NCBI GenBank assembly: GCA_029838195.1
Contig: JALGVJ010000004.1
Coordinates: 173,476 to 237,475 of the forward strand
Direction: 5' to 3'
Length of the DNA: 64,000 nt
Origin: Promethearchaeota archaeon
GTDB lineage: Archaea; Asgardarchaeota; Lokiarchaeia; Sigyniarchaeales; SOKP01
Position 1 is the stretch's first letter; every line of letters begins with the position of its first letter. This document shows, piece by piece, positions 31,048 to 41,600 of the stretch. Both the position numbers and the translations under genes were made by a program. The notes beneath the pieces are model-generated. The model worked only from the letters and a program-made list of their open reading frames with translations. It made no database searches and was not told where the DNA came from.

Positions 31048-31953
31048 CTATTGCTCATTTAATTCTTTTTGAATATCTTGTTCCTTAAGACCCAATGATT
31101 GCAATAAAATGGTTAATTGAATAATGGCATTTTTTGCATTAATTTTTTTTGCTAGTTTTAAGGCTTTTATGAATTCATCCTTTGCAGCTTTAATTTGTCC
31201 CATGTAAAACAAGGATTCTCCTACTAAACTTAATCCTTTTAAAATATATTCGGCAAGATTAGCTTCTTCCGCTTTTTTAATTGCTTTTTTAAAGAGAGTT
31301 AAGGCACTATCGTGTTTCTTATATTTTTTATTTATTATTCCTAAATTTAATAATGATACAATGATTCCTTTTTGGTCCTTTAATTGCTGATAAGCTTTTA
31401 AAGTTTTTCTATATAATTCCTCTACAACTTCCCAATTTTCTTGTGTTTCATGAATGGTAATTAAATTAGCTAGACAATCTAATAATCCATGAATATCTTC
31501 ATGGTCAGAACAAATAGAACTGCACTCAATAAAGACGTCAGTTGCCTCATCATATTTCTTCAGTTTAAAATAATTTAAACCGATCATCTTTAAACACGTG
31601 GTCATTTCTTGATATTGATGAAGTTCTTTATAAATTTTCAGAGCTTCCTCACATGCTTCTATTGATTTTTCATTGTCTCCTTTTTTATATAATAGCGTAC
31701 CAAGGAGTCCAAGAGAAGCAGAAATTCCTAATCTATCTTTCTGCTTTTTAAAATGGGTTAAACAAATGGATAGATTTTTTTCTGCTTCTTCAAATTCACC
31801 AATTTCTATTTGTAATAATGCCAAATCACTTAATTCTTGGATATAAATGGAAGTTTTTCCTTTTTTTTCCAAGTCTTTTAATTGTTCTTTTTTTTGTTTA
31901 ATTAATTTTTCAATCTCTTCTCTTGTTAATTCTACATCCTTTTGAACAATAAT
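31048..31953 (-). CDS. Tetratricopeptide repeat protein (start uncertain: ATT at 31953/31950 or TTG at 31872)
   Basis: TPR units (SLGLLGTLLY, SLLNLGII); frame open upstream of 31872 as far as an AGGTGA SD-like site. Confidence 0.75.
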   Translation of the reverse strand: MIVQKDVELTREEIEKLIKQKKEQLKDLEKKGKTSIYIQELSDLALLQIEIGEFEEAEKNLSICLTHFKKQKDRLGISASLGLLGTLLYKKGDNEKSIEACEEALKIYKELHQYQEMTTCLKMIGLNYFKLKKYDEATDVFIECSSICSDHEDIHGLLDCLANLITIHETQENWEVVEELYRKTLKAYQQLKDQKGIIVSLLNLGIINKKYKKHDSALTLFKKAIKKAEEANLAEYILKGLSLVGESLFYMGQIKAAKDEFIKALKLAKKINAKNAIIQLTILLQSLGLKEQDIQKELNEQ

Positions 31954-32234
31954 AGAAAGAGCTCACCTTTTTTCACTAATCATCTATCTAAAACTAATAC
32001 TATAAATTAAAATTAGCTATTTTACATGATAATATTTAATTGGACATGTTTCTTCCATTAGAGAGGAGAAAATGGTAAAAATGAGAAAAATATTAAATAA
32101 TACCTCTCTTTGAACCCCAAAAAGAGATTAGTATAAAACATCTGGTAATATTATTAATCTTAGAGAAAAATTATAAAAATATTCATCTATTTTAGCTATT
32201 GGAAAAAAGAAAACTAAATTAGAAGGGAAAAACC

Positions 32235-33347
32235 ATGAAACATCTGGCAAGATTATGGGATAAAATTGATGACAATAAAGTTAAATGTCATGTATGCGCT
32301 AATGAATGCTTAATAACTCCGGGTAATGTTGGGATTTGTAGGACTCGGAAAAATTTTGATGGAAAATTGTTCACTTTGATTTATGGTTCTTTAATTTCTT
32401 CAGGAAGCATAGATCCTATTGAAAAAAAACCTCTTTATAATTTCTGGCCAGGAGCAACGGCTTATTCAATCGCCTCTATTGGATGCTCCTTCCGTTGCGC
32501 AAATTGCCAAAATTGGTCTATTAGTCAAGCAAGTCCTTCCGACAACGGAAAAAATGGTTTTTACACATTAGAGGGGTTAGAAAATCGAAGAATGTCCTTA
32601 ATAGAATTAAGTCCAGAAGAATTAGTAAAAAGGGTCGTGAAAAGTAAGGCAAAAACCTTAGCCTACACGTATAATGAGCCTTTAATTTGGCATGAATGGA
32701 TTTTAGACGTTACACCCTTATTAAAGAGGGAAAATATAAAATCTATTTTGGTTACAAATGGATATTCTACGCCTGAAGCCTCAAAAGAGTTAATAGAAGT
32801 GGGGATTGATGCCGCAAATATAGATGTTAAATCAATGTCTGATACGTTTTATAAAAAGATATGTGGTGTCAAATCTGTTAAACCCGTATTGGAAACAGCA
32901 AAAAGGTTTAAAGAATACGGAATTCACGTGGAAATAACCAATTTAATCATCCCGGACTTGAACGACAAGAAAGAAGAGATTAAACAATTATGTGATTGGG
33001 TGGTAAATAATTTAGGAAAGGACACTCCGGTACATTTTTCGGCATATCATCCTGATTTCAAAATGCCTTCAAGAAAAAGAACATCTTATCGCACTCTTGA
33101 TATGGCTTATAATATCGCAAGAGAAGCTGGCTTATATTTTCCTTATATAGGAAACATACACCATGAAAAAGGAAGTAATACCTACTGTCCTCAATGCAAT
33201 CACTTACTCATTGGAAGAGAAGGATATAGTTTTACCAAAATTGATATTACAGAGGATAAGAAATGTCCAAATTGTGGATATAGCTTAGAAAATGCAATAA
33301 TTGGTGAAATAAATAAAAATCGCAAGGATAGATTTGCCTTTTTTTAA
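32235..33347 (+). CDS. amrS: AmmeMemoRadiSam system radical SAM enzyme
   Basis: CHVC..C N-terminus, DPIEKKPLY, GCSFRCANCQNWSISQ, AYTYNEP, C-terminal CPQC/CPNC. Confidence 0.9.
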   Translation: MKHLARLWDKIDDNKVKCHVCANECLITPGNVGICRTRKNFDGKLFTLIYGSLISSGSIDPIEKKPLYNFWPGATAYSIASIGCSFRCANCQNWSISQASPSDNGKNGFYTLEGLENRRMSLIELSPEELVKRVVKSKAKTLAYTYNEPLIWHEWILDVTPLLKRENIKSILVTNGYSTPEASKELIEVGIDAANIDVKSMSDTFYKKICGVKSVKPVLETAKRFKEYGIHVEITNLIIPDLNDKKEEIKQLCDWVVNNLGKDTPVHFSAYHPDFKMPSRKRTSYRTLDMAYNIAREAGLYFPYIGNIHHEKGSNTYCPQCNHLLIGREGYSFTKIDITEDKKCPNCGYSLENAIIGEINKNRKDRFAFF

Positions 33348-33398
33348 AGAAAAAAGAAAAAATAGTTTTAAAATAAAAGATTTAAGATTTATTTGTTC

Positions 33399-34061
33399 TT
33401 AAACCAGCGAAACACCATATATTAATAGAGCAAATCCTTGTACGAAACAAAATCCAGCAACAATTAAAGCAAAGGGTGGAAAAGAGAGAATTTTAGACAC
33501 GAACATCACGCCAGTTAAATAAAATTTCACCGTGAGCCCTATAATCGTAAAGATGATGAAAAAAATAACGATTAACACGATTTTAGGATCAATATAATTC
33601 TCTATTAAAGCAACGGCTGAATCTGGTATGAGGAACGCAATTGCTATTGTTACACCACCCGCAACAAGAAAACCAATGATACTGGGAATGGGCAAATCAT
33701 TTAAGGGTTTCATTAACGTTAAAATGCCTAAAACAATTAGAAATATGGATGTAAAATAATTTCGTTCATTTGCCGTTTGAGTCTGATAAGCTATACTAGG
33801 AGCGATATTAAGGATTAATCCGGCAACCCCTGAAATAATACAAAATAACCCAGCAAAAAATCCTAAAGCGGTTAAAAATTTCAAAAAGGCCGTGATATTA
33901 AAGTCCCATTCCTCAACTTTTGTTAATTTTCGCCATGATTTTCTTCTACTTGCCTCATAAAAAGCAAAAATTAGCCAAAAAACACCAAGAATAATGACAA
34001 ATAATCCCGCTAATTGGCCAAGCGGAATTAAGAATTGATCAGTTATCGCCATGATATTCAC
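33399..34061 (-). CDS. Multi-pass membrane protein, hypothetical
   Basis: About 6 hydrophobic segments; alternative ATG start at 34052. Confidence 0.75.
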   Translation of the reverse strand: MNIMAITDQFLIPLGQLAGLFVIILGVFWLIFAFYEASRRKSWRKLTKVEEWDFNITAFLKFLTALGFFAGLFCIISGVAGLILNIAPSIAYQTQTANERNYFTSIFLIVLGILTLMKPLNDLPIPSIIGFLVAGGVTIAIAFLIPDSAVALIENYIDPKIVLIVIFFIIFTIIGLTVKFYLTGVMFVSKILSFPPFALIVAGFCFVQGFALLIYGVSLV

Positions 34062-34189
34062 ATCTTTATTTTTAAATTTATATTAATCATTAAAATGGAA
34101 TTATTTAAAGTTAATATTATAATGTACTTGTAGTATAAAAAAATATTGTAGTCCAAAAATTTTCGAATGTAAAATAAGAAAATTAAAAA

Positions 34190-35869
34190 TTAAATAAAGG
34201 CGATAGTCTTCTTGATATAATCCAAGTATGTATTAATTTCTTGATTTTTTTTTTTTTCATTCCACCCATATTCCTTAGCCATGATATCTGCAACTATTCT
34301 TGCTGCTTTTTCTTGCTTTCTATGGTCGATGAAAATTGCCATTTCAGTACGCCTACAGAATACATCGATCAGATGAAGCGTGAGTTCATAACGGAGAGTG
34401 TAAACAATTTCAGCTTTAATAAAATAATAATCCTCTAAAATTTTCTCAGAAAGGTGAGGATTTTCTTGAATGATTTCTAATATTTTCAAGGCTCCTCTTC
34501 TATATTGTTGAAAAAGATGATTAGAGATTTTCTCATCCAATTCAAATCCACTTTCTTCAAGAGCCATTAGCCAATCTTCTTTTTCTATCATGATAATGAA
34601 TTTTTGTTTTGAAAAGCCTTTTTCTCTATGAATGTTAGGAAAAATGTCTTTTTTTTCCACCTCCTCAAAAAGATCCTCTGCCATTGCTCGCCATTCGGTC
34701 AATTTTCCTCCAGTGATTGTCAAAAGCCCATCATCAGAGAAAAATATTACATGCTTTCGAGAAACCTCACTCTCTGATTTCCCTTTTTGCATTACTAAAG
34801 GACGAATCCCCGCATAAGTAGAGAGAATATTATCATAATCCAATTCTGCATTTGGAAAATAATATTTTACCGATTTTATTAGATAATCAGCATCTTTTTT
34901 CGTACAAAAAGGACTTGATAAATCTCCTTCATAATCCGTATCTGTAGTTCCGATAATGGTGAAATCATCATTGCGAGGAAGTACAAAAAATGATCTATCG
35001 TCGGTTATAGAACTGATAATCGTTGCCATTCTATTTTTCACATGTTTTCTTAGAAATTGAACGTGCACTCCTTTTGTTGGTCGAATAAGAGGTTTGGGAA
35101 TATTTTCAGGATAATTTCTTAGTAATTGATCTGTCCATATGCCAGTGGCGCTTACGATTAATTTGCCTTTTATAATAACTTCCATGTTATTTTCGAGATC
35201 TTCACATTTTACCCCAATAATCTTTCCATTTTCTATTATATAATCCATAACCTTGCAATAATTAATTATATCCGCCCCTCTTACAACTGCTTCTTTTAGG
35301 ATTTCAAGAGTCAATCTTGCATCATCTACATTGCAATCATAATATACTACTCCCCCTTTGACTCCTTCTTGAATAAATTCTGGTTCCATCTCGTGAATTT
35401 TTTCGGCTGAATACCATTTATATTTCTTATAATTCTTGAATTCTTGACCATTATCACTTAAATAATCATAAATTTTACACGCTCCAGTGATATCTCTTCT
35501 TTTATACTTACCGCCTTCGATTTCGGCAAATAAAAAAGGGATGGGTCGGACTGTCGGGCAATGATGACGCATCCAATTTCGCTCGGTCGTAGCAGTTTTT
35601 ACTAAATCCATTTCTCCGTAAGCCAAGTATCTAATTCCCCCATGAGCTAATTTAGAGCTTCGAGAAGATGTGCCTGCCGCAAAGTCTTGCATTTCAACTA
35701 GAGCAACTTTTAGATCTCGCATAGCTGCTTCTCGAGCTACTCCTGCTCCAGTGACTCCGCCTCCAATTATAATTAAATCGTAATAAGTAGACTGGAGTTT
35801 TTCAATTATATCATTTCTTGCAAAATTATTCCAAGATATATCAAATATTTTACGTTCCAATTCGCTCAA
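34190..35869 (-). CDS. glpD: FAD-dependent glycerol-3-phosphate dehydrogenase/oxidase
   Basis: IIGGGVTGAG, GTSSRSSKLAHGGIRYL, DDARL, IGTTD, YAGIRPL, SRKH, GGKLT, C-terminal RRT. Confidence 0.88.
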   Translation of the reverse strand: MSELERKIFDISWNNFARNDIIEKLQSTYYDLIIIGGGVTGAGVAREAAMRDLKVALVEMQDFAAGTSSRSSKLAHGGIRYLAYGEMDLVKTATTERNWMRHHCPTVRPIPFLFAEIEGGKYKRRDITGACKIYDYLSDNGQEFKNYKKYKWYSAEKIHEMEPEFIQEGVKGGVVYYDCNVDDARLTLEILKEAVVRGADIINYCKVMDYIIENGKIIGVKCEDLENNMEVIIKGKLIVSATGIWTDQLLRNYPENIPKPLIRPTKGVHVQFLRKHVKNRMATIISSITDDRSFFVLPRNDDFTIIGTTDTDYEGDLSSPFCTKKDADYLIKSVKYYFPNAELDYDNILSTYAGIRPLVMQKGKSESEVSRKHVIFFSDDGLLTITGGKLTEWRAMAEDLFEEVEKKDIFPNIHREKGFSKQKFIIMIEKEDWLMALEESGFELDEKISNHLFQQYRRGALKILEIIQENPHLSEKILEDYYFIKAEIVYTLRYELTLHLIDVFCRRTEMAIFIDHRKQEKAARIVADIMAKEYGWNEKKKNQEINTYLDYIKKTIAFI

Positions 35870-35959
35870 TTATTCATCACTCTTAAAGGTTTTAGAATAA
35901 TAATTTAAAAGGAATATAAAAGTTAAGTGTTTATATTTTTTCATGAAAACCACATGGTT

Positions 35960-36769
35960 TTATTTTGAAATTAAAAATTTGCGTTTAGATAAACGAATTC
36001 CAACATAAGAAATTGAAAAAGAAACGAAAAAAGCAAAAGGTAAGTTAGCAATAATGATATAGGCAAATAGAGGGGTGGTAGAGAAAAAATAAAGAGAAAT
36101 AATGAGAATCACTAAAAAAAACGAGCTAATAAATGTAATTTTTAAATGCCCTATTAGGAAACCTAAAATGAAGTTAGGAACGGTAAAAATTATAAGAATA
36201 TTCGCAATGGCTAAAACCACTAATGCTGGCATGAACATGGTGAAAATTTCTAATTGGCTATATAATAATTGATCTAGCTGAAAAAGAGAATATAAAAATT
36301 GGGTGGTATTAAGAGAAATAAATAATAAAAAGTATGATAAAGGGGCTACAATTAACCAAGAGAAAATTACCCTTTTTTTCATGGATGGCTGTTTTTTACC
36401 TTTTAAAGAGTTAGCAACTATTTTATTCATTAAAACAGGATCAATTTTATTCACGTCATATTCAGGTGAATATTCGTCAATAAAATCTAATAATATCGTC
36501 TTTAAAATTTTATTAAGAAGGATATTATTATCTTTCGAATTTGCAATCATTGCGCCCAAAAGACCTTCTCGACTCATTGAAATAATTATTAATTTTTTAT
36601 TTTCACCCAAATCGAGATAATTAATAACGCTATTTAAGGCCTCCCGAGAAAAATTTGTAATAGAGGAGAAGAATCCTATCAGTAAATTACTGTCAAATAC
36701 GCTTTCTGTTAACAACTTTTCATATAATAGAACACCATTTTCATTTAAAATATAAATGCTTTCTATCAC
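35960..36769 (-). CDS. Longin-like N-terminal domain fused to ~4 TM helices
   Basis: MIESIYILNENGVLLYEK...LLIGFFSSITNFSRE longin-type beta-beta-alpha start; hydrophobic C-terminal half. Confidence 0.65.
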   Translation of the reverse strand: MIESIYILNENGVLLYEKLLTESVFDSNLLIGFFSSITNFSREALNSVINYLDLGENKKLIIISMSREGLLGAMIANSKDNNILLNKILKTILLDFIDEYSPEYDVNKIDPVLMNKIVANSLKGKKQPSMKKRVIFSWLIVAPLSYFLLFISLNTTQFLYSLFQLDQLLYSQLEIFTMFMPALVVLAIANILIIFTVPNFILGFLIGHLKITFISSFFLVILIISLYFFSTTPLFAYIIIANLPFAFFVSFSISYVGIRLSKRKFLISK

Positions 36770-36805
36770 GAATCTTCACATTTTTTTGTTAGTCATGCCA
36801 TGCTA

Positions 36806-38608
36806 TTAATTTTTCCCGGATGAGATGGAATTCACATTGGTTTGTTGAACATATTCAATAAAATCATCTAAATCAGCTTGATATTTTTTAAAACTATATA
36901 AATGTTGTCCAAAAATTTTAATTAATAGGAGGAATACATCGTGAGAATTTCGTTTAGTGTAAATTTTGTACTTTTCATTCTTCCTTTCTTCGAGGATAAG
37001 CAAAGATTCCATATTTTTCATCCTCTCAATATCCTCTTGTTTTGGATTATCCAATTCGATTAAGAGAATTTCTCCGGATTGAGGCAACTTAGACCTATAA
37101 TCTTTTAGAGAACCTGTTTCCACGATAAACTTTGAAATTATCAAGATCTTATCACATTGCGCAATAATTTCCTCAGGGCCTTGAAATATAAAAATTACAT
37201 GATATTTAGCTTTTATTTTTTTAATGAATTCGTTGAATTTATCATATTGAAGTTTATTTAAATAAAATTGTGGTATTTTAACTAAAAGGATGGTAGGAAG
37301 CTGTAATAAGACTCTACATGTTGAAAAAATTAAAAATTCCAGAGGATTTAGCTCATGCATTTTTTTATCTTTTTTATGGGTTAATCCGGAAATTTTCATT
37401 AATTCATCAATAAAATCCTTTTTCTCTTTCCATTTTCTTAATATTTTAAAAAGTCTTGCTCTTTTTTCAAACTCCTCATAAATCTCATCTTTTAGACCTA
37501 ATAATCCGGCTTTTTTTAGTACCTTTTCTAATGCCTTTCTATGAATTCTTAAAGGACTTTTAACTTTAATGCCTTTTTTTAATGCTTTAGATAGAGGTAA
37601 ATTTTTAATATTTTTCTTTTCCTCTGCAGAAAATATGAAAATATTATTTTTTTCTTCTGTGGTAAGTAATTGAACATGTTTTCCAAATATTTTAATGGTA
37701 CCAACAAAATCCTCTTTAGTTCCTATAAGAAAATCATGTAATTTAGGCAAAATTAAATCTATTTCTTCTTGAGTTAAATGATTCGAATCAATATAGATTC
37801 CTAGGGTCTGACTATTTCGAAGTTTAAAACTAATTTTATCTACATTCGACATGAGGGATACATTTTCAAAAATTAAATGCTGCGAATCTTTGAGAAGTGG
37901 GGGTAGTTTTAAGCGCTTTAAGATCTTTTCAATTAGTAATTCAACGAGTTCATGTACGTGCAACGGTTTATTTTCATCCCATTCTTTAATAGAAGGAATT
38001 TCTAAAAAATCTTTTAATTTGATAATTCTTGAAAGTTTTGGAGAAAATGATATTTTAGGAACTAAAGGATACACTTCAAAATTCACGAATAAATTCAAAA
38101 AGAAATTGGGAAAATGAATAAAAATTTCTCTATTAAAGGGATTGTTCTCAATACTATATGATTCAAAATGTTCGTCTAAAAGTTCTAATTCTTTTTCTAA
38201 AACAGATAAATGATAGCTATATTCTCTAACAATTGTTCTATTTAACCGTTTAATAATTTTTATTGGACTAATTAATCCATCTTCATCAAAATCGGGCTCT
38301 GCAGTAATTTCATTAAAATCAATTTCAGTTTCAACCGGAGTATGGATTTTTATTAAAGGAACTCCTTTTTCTAATACATCACGATTTGTGAAAAATAATA
38401 CTTCTACATAGCTTTTCTTATAAATTAAATTAAGAATTGTCATGACACCGAAGGTTCCCTCTCTATAAATCATCCAATACCGTTTTGAACTTCGCACGGC
38501 ATCCAAGATTTTTGCTCTTAATAATTTTAATTCTTGTTCCCGCTCATCTTTTTTTTTTAGATTTTCTTCTTCTATTGTTTCATTTTTTTCTTTTTCTTTA
38601 ATCGTCAT
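36806..38608 (-). CDS. UBC/RWD-like domain(s) fused to a degenerate ABC ATPase domain
   Basis: LEKELELL...YPLVPKI...W...helix (E2-like, no catalytic Cys); ABC-like scaffold IFENVS..ISFKL..TLGI and QCDKILII..GS..LPQSG lacking Walker A, LSGG, DE and H-loop; ATG at 38608. Confidence 0.65.
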   Translation of the reverse strand: MTIKEKEKNETIEEENLKKKDEREQELKLLRAKILDAVRSSKRYWMIYREGTFGVMTILNLIYKKSYVEVLFFTNRDVLEKGVPLIKIHTPVETEIDFNEITAEPDFDEDGLISPIKIIKRLNRTIVREYSYHLSVLEKELELLDEHFESYSIENNPFNREIFIHFPNFFLNLFVNFEVYPLVPKISFSPKLSRIIKLKDFLEIPSIKEWDENKPLHVHELVELLIEKILKRLKLPPLLKDSQHLIFENVSLMSNVDKISFKLRNSQTLGIYIDSNHLTQEEIDLILPKLHDFLIGTKEDFVGTIKIFGKHVQLLTTEEKNNIFIFSAEEKKNIKNLPLSKALKKGIKVKSPLRIHRKALEKVLKKAGLLGLKDEIYEEFEKRARLFKILRKWKEKKDFIDELMKISGLTHKKDKKMHELNPLEFLIFSTCRVLLQLPTILLVKIPQFYLNKLQYDKFNEFIKKIKAKYHVIFIFQGPEEIIAQCDKILIISKFIVETGSLKDYRSKLPQSGEILLIELDNPKQEDIERMKNMESLLILEERKNEKYKIYTKRNSHDVFLLLIKIFGQHLYSFKKYQADLDDFIEYVQQTNVNSISSGKN

Positions 38609-38618
38609 TTTCTTAATT

Positions 38619-41600
38619 CTACTCCTCAATTTCTATAGTTCTATATCTAAAATATTCTTCCATTCTTGATTCTGTTTGGAGAATTTTTTCTATAGAATCT
38701 TCTCCAAATTCTCTTTTAATAATTTCTTCGACCTCATTAATGGGCAGATCGGAATAAATAGAATAATCCGTTCCCGCCTTATCTTCTAAAACTTTAGAAA
38801 TTCCTTCCATTTTTTCTAATTTCATAATGACATTTTCTTGAACTTCTTTAAAAACAATTGTAATGGTTCTTCCTTTTCCTGGAAGCTGTTCTAAAAGCTC
38901 CTTAGGACTTCCGTAATCTATCAACCCTCGATTCCTTCTAAATATGGCCACTTTATGACAAAAACGCGATTCTTCTGGATAATGAGTTATAACAATCAAA
39001 GTAGTATTAAATTGTTCATTGATCCGAGTGAGTGAAAGCCATAAATTTTCTCTCACGATGGGATCAAGACCACTCGTCGGCTCGTCCAGCCACAGAATGA
39101 TTGGTTCATGAATTAAGGAAATCGCAATTGAAACACGCCGTTTCTGACCTCCTGATAAATTTTTCACGGGTTCATACATTTTATCCTCAATTTCTAATGC
39201 TCTTAAAATTCTACGGGCCCTTCGCCTCATCTCTTTTTCTGGAATCCCATATTGGTTGCCAAAATAGAGTAAATTTTGCAAAGTCGTGAAATTTTGATAA
39301 ATTTTAGAAAGGTCTTGAGGACAATATCCATAAATGGGGCGAATTTTCTTGGCATTTTTTTTCACATCCATCCCATAAATTTGAGAAATCCCTTTAGTTT
39401 TTCTCATGCCCAATAATCCCTTGATAAACGTACTTTTCCCAGCTCCGCTTTCTCCTAACACGCCTAAAATTTCTCCGTGTTTTAATTCCAGAGAAACTGA
39501 ATCTACAATCAATTTTCGTCCAGCATAAATACATAAATCTTCGCAGAATATTGCCGGAGAATTTTTTAAATAATCGATATTTAACTTTTCTCTAATATTT
39601 AATAACGATTTTACTCTTTCTATTAAATCAAAATACGAGAGGAAAGTTATAAAACCTAACAACCAAAAAAAAGCAATTTCAACTGAAAGAATCGATATTA
39701 ATAATTGATTCCAAGGTGTAGGATCAAATGCACGATCATATTGGAAATAATCTATAATAGTGATCCCGAAAGGGCAATTTCTTAAATCTCCTCCGAAATT
39801 GGGGGCATCCCCTAATCCTCCCGTTTTTTTACTCACGCATTCTAAAAACCAATCTATTAAAGCGTTCATGTCTTCGGGTTGATACCGATAATCATACAAT
39901 GCTTTAGAAGCACTATACGTGACTAGAAAATAAGAAATACTTATGCCTACATAAGTAGAAAGAGAGGGCATGATCGTAAACCCTCCATTATCTATTTGAG
40001 CTAATTTTAAAAATTCAACCGCTGAAATTTTTGATAAGGGATCTTTTTCCAGTGAAATCAATAATTCTAAACCATAATAGGTGGATATCACGTCACTATA
40101 AAATCCCATGAATAATGAAAAACCGCCATCCGCATTTTGGCAAGACTTTATCCAATGTTCTAATGAACTTATATTAATTTTTCCCAGACCACCTAATATT
40201 TTTAAAGATGAATAGGCCCAATAACTGGTTTCTACAGTGGAAATATTTGTGTTGATTAAATCTATAATTAAATAATAATAGGAGCCAAAAAGAAATGAAA
40301 TGTATTCGGTATCATTTCCTGCCCTAAAACCACCATCTGGATTTTGTAAATCAGCTAAATAATCTTGAGTGGTGGTTCGATTCGGAAGATAAATTTGTTC
40401 ATGGGTAAAAAAAATTCTATACAATTCAATAGCGCAAAATGTAGAAAATAAACTAGAATTCATTTGAGGACGAGAACCAAAACCGCCATCTTGGGGATTG
40501 TAACAATTTTCCACGAATTCCCAGGTATTATTAATGTTTATAAGTTCAGGAATTGCTGTTGAATTGTGCTGGTAAACCGAAAGTATACCTAAATAATTTG
40601 ATTCAATTGTTATATGCCCAAACAAACCATTTCTCGCTTGATGTTCATATAACCATTGATAATAATTAGAACGCACTTGTTTAATTCTTTCTTTAAACTC
40701 ATCATCTAATAGAGAATATTTTTCAAATAGAGCAATTGTATTCATAGCAGCCCATCCCGATTTAAAAGTAGATTCATGTTTATCTCCCGGCCGTAAACCA
40801 AAGCCACCATCAGAATTATTACAATTCAATACATAATTTAAAGTTTCAAATCTTTGTAAAGGCGTGAAACCGATTTCATACAGGGAAGAAACCGCATAAA
40901 ACGTAGATTGTATATCCGAAGGTTCTCCCACTTGTCTGGCATATCCGCCGTCTAAATTGGCATACCTTAAAAGAGTAAAATAACTTATTATTAAACCCCT
41001 TTCTATTAAGCTATAGGTCATGTTCAATTCTAAGAAAGCTTTTATTCCATAGTAGGTGCTCTCAGGCGTTGGTAAAATAGTGGTGTTTGTATACGCGTAC
41101 CCTCCTTCTCGCCATGTAGAATTAATGAAACTTGAAAGATTGACGTTATTTAACAAGGAATGGGCAGAAAAATTTCCTGCTAATTTCACGGCACAATAAG
41201 TTGAGATGATGTCAGAATCATTCACAATTGGATTAAGCCTAAAGCCATATCCATGGGGCTCTTGACTTTCTTTCAAATAATTGATAATTTTGTCAATTTT
41301 TTCCTCATCTATTACGGGATCAAAAAAACTGGGTTCCAATTTAGTGAGAGTTGCAACAACTTCATACGTGGAAAACATGTTGCTTAATCCATAAATATCT
41401 GAAAAGCCCCCATCATCATTTTGTTTTTCAAATAAATAATGAAAGAATAAATCGTCTACCTCGGGTTTAAGTAAGGAATTCGATTTAGGGTTTATCAAGT
41501 TAGACTGAGAAAATTCATCATCAGAGAAATTAATTGAATAAATGGCTCTATGCGTGGAATCTATATCAACTTCAATGAATAAACCAGAACTAGGATTTTG

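Noticed and set aside
36789-36799. 11-bp match (ttagtcatgcc) to the putative DtxR box, upstream of the longin-TM gene
   Set aside because: The right arm is broken (cca tgc instead of cctaa), it sits in a 36-nt intra-operon gap, and chance cannot be excluded.
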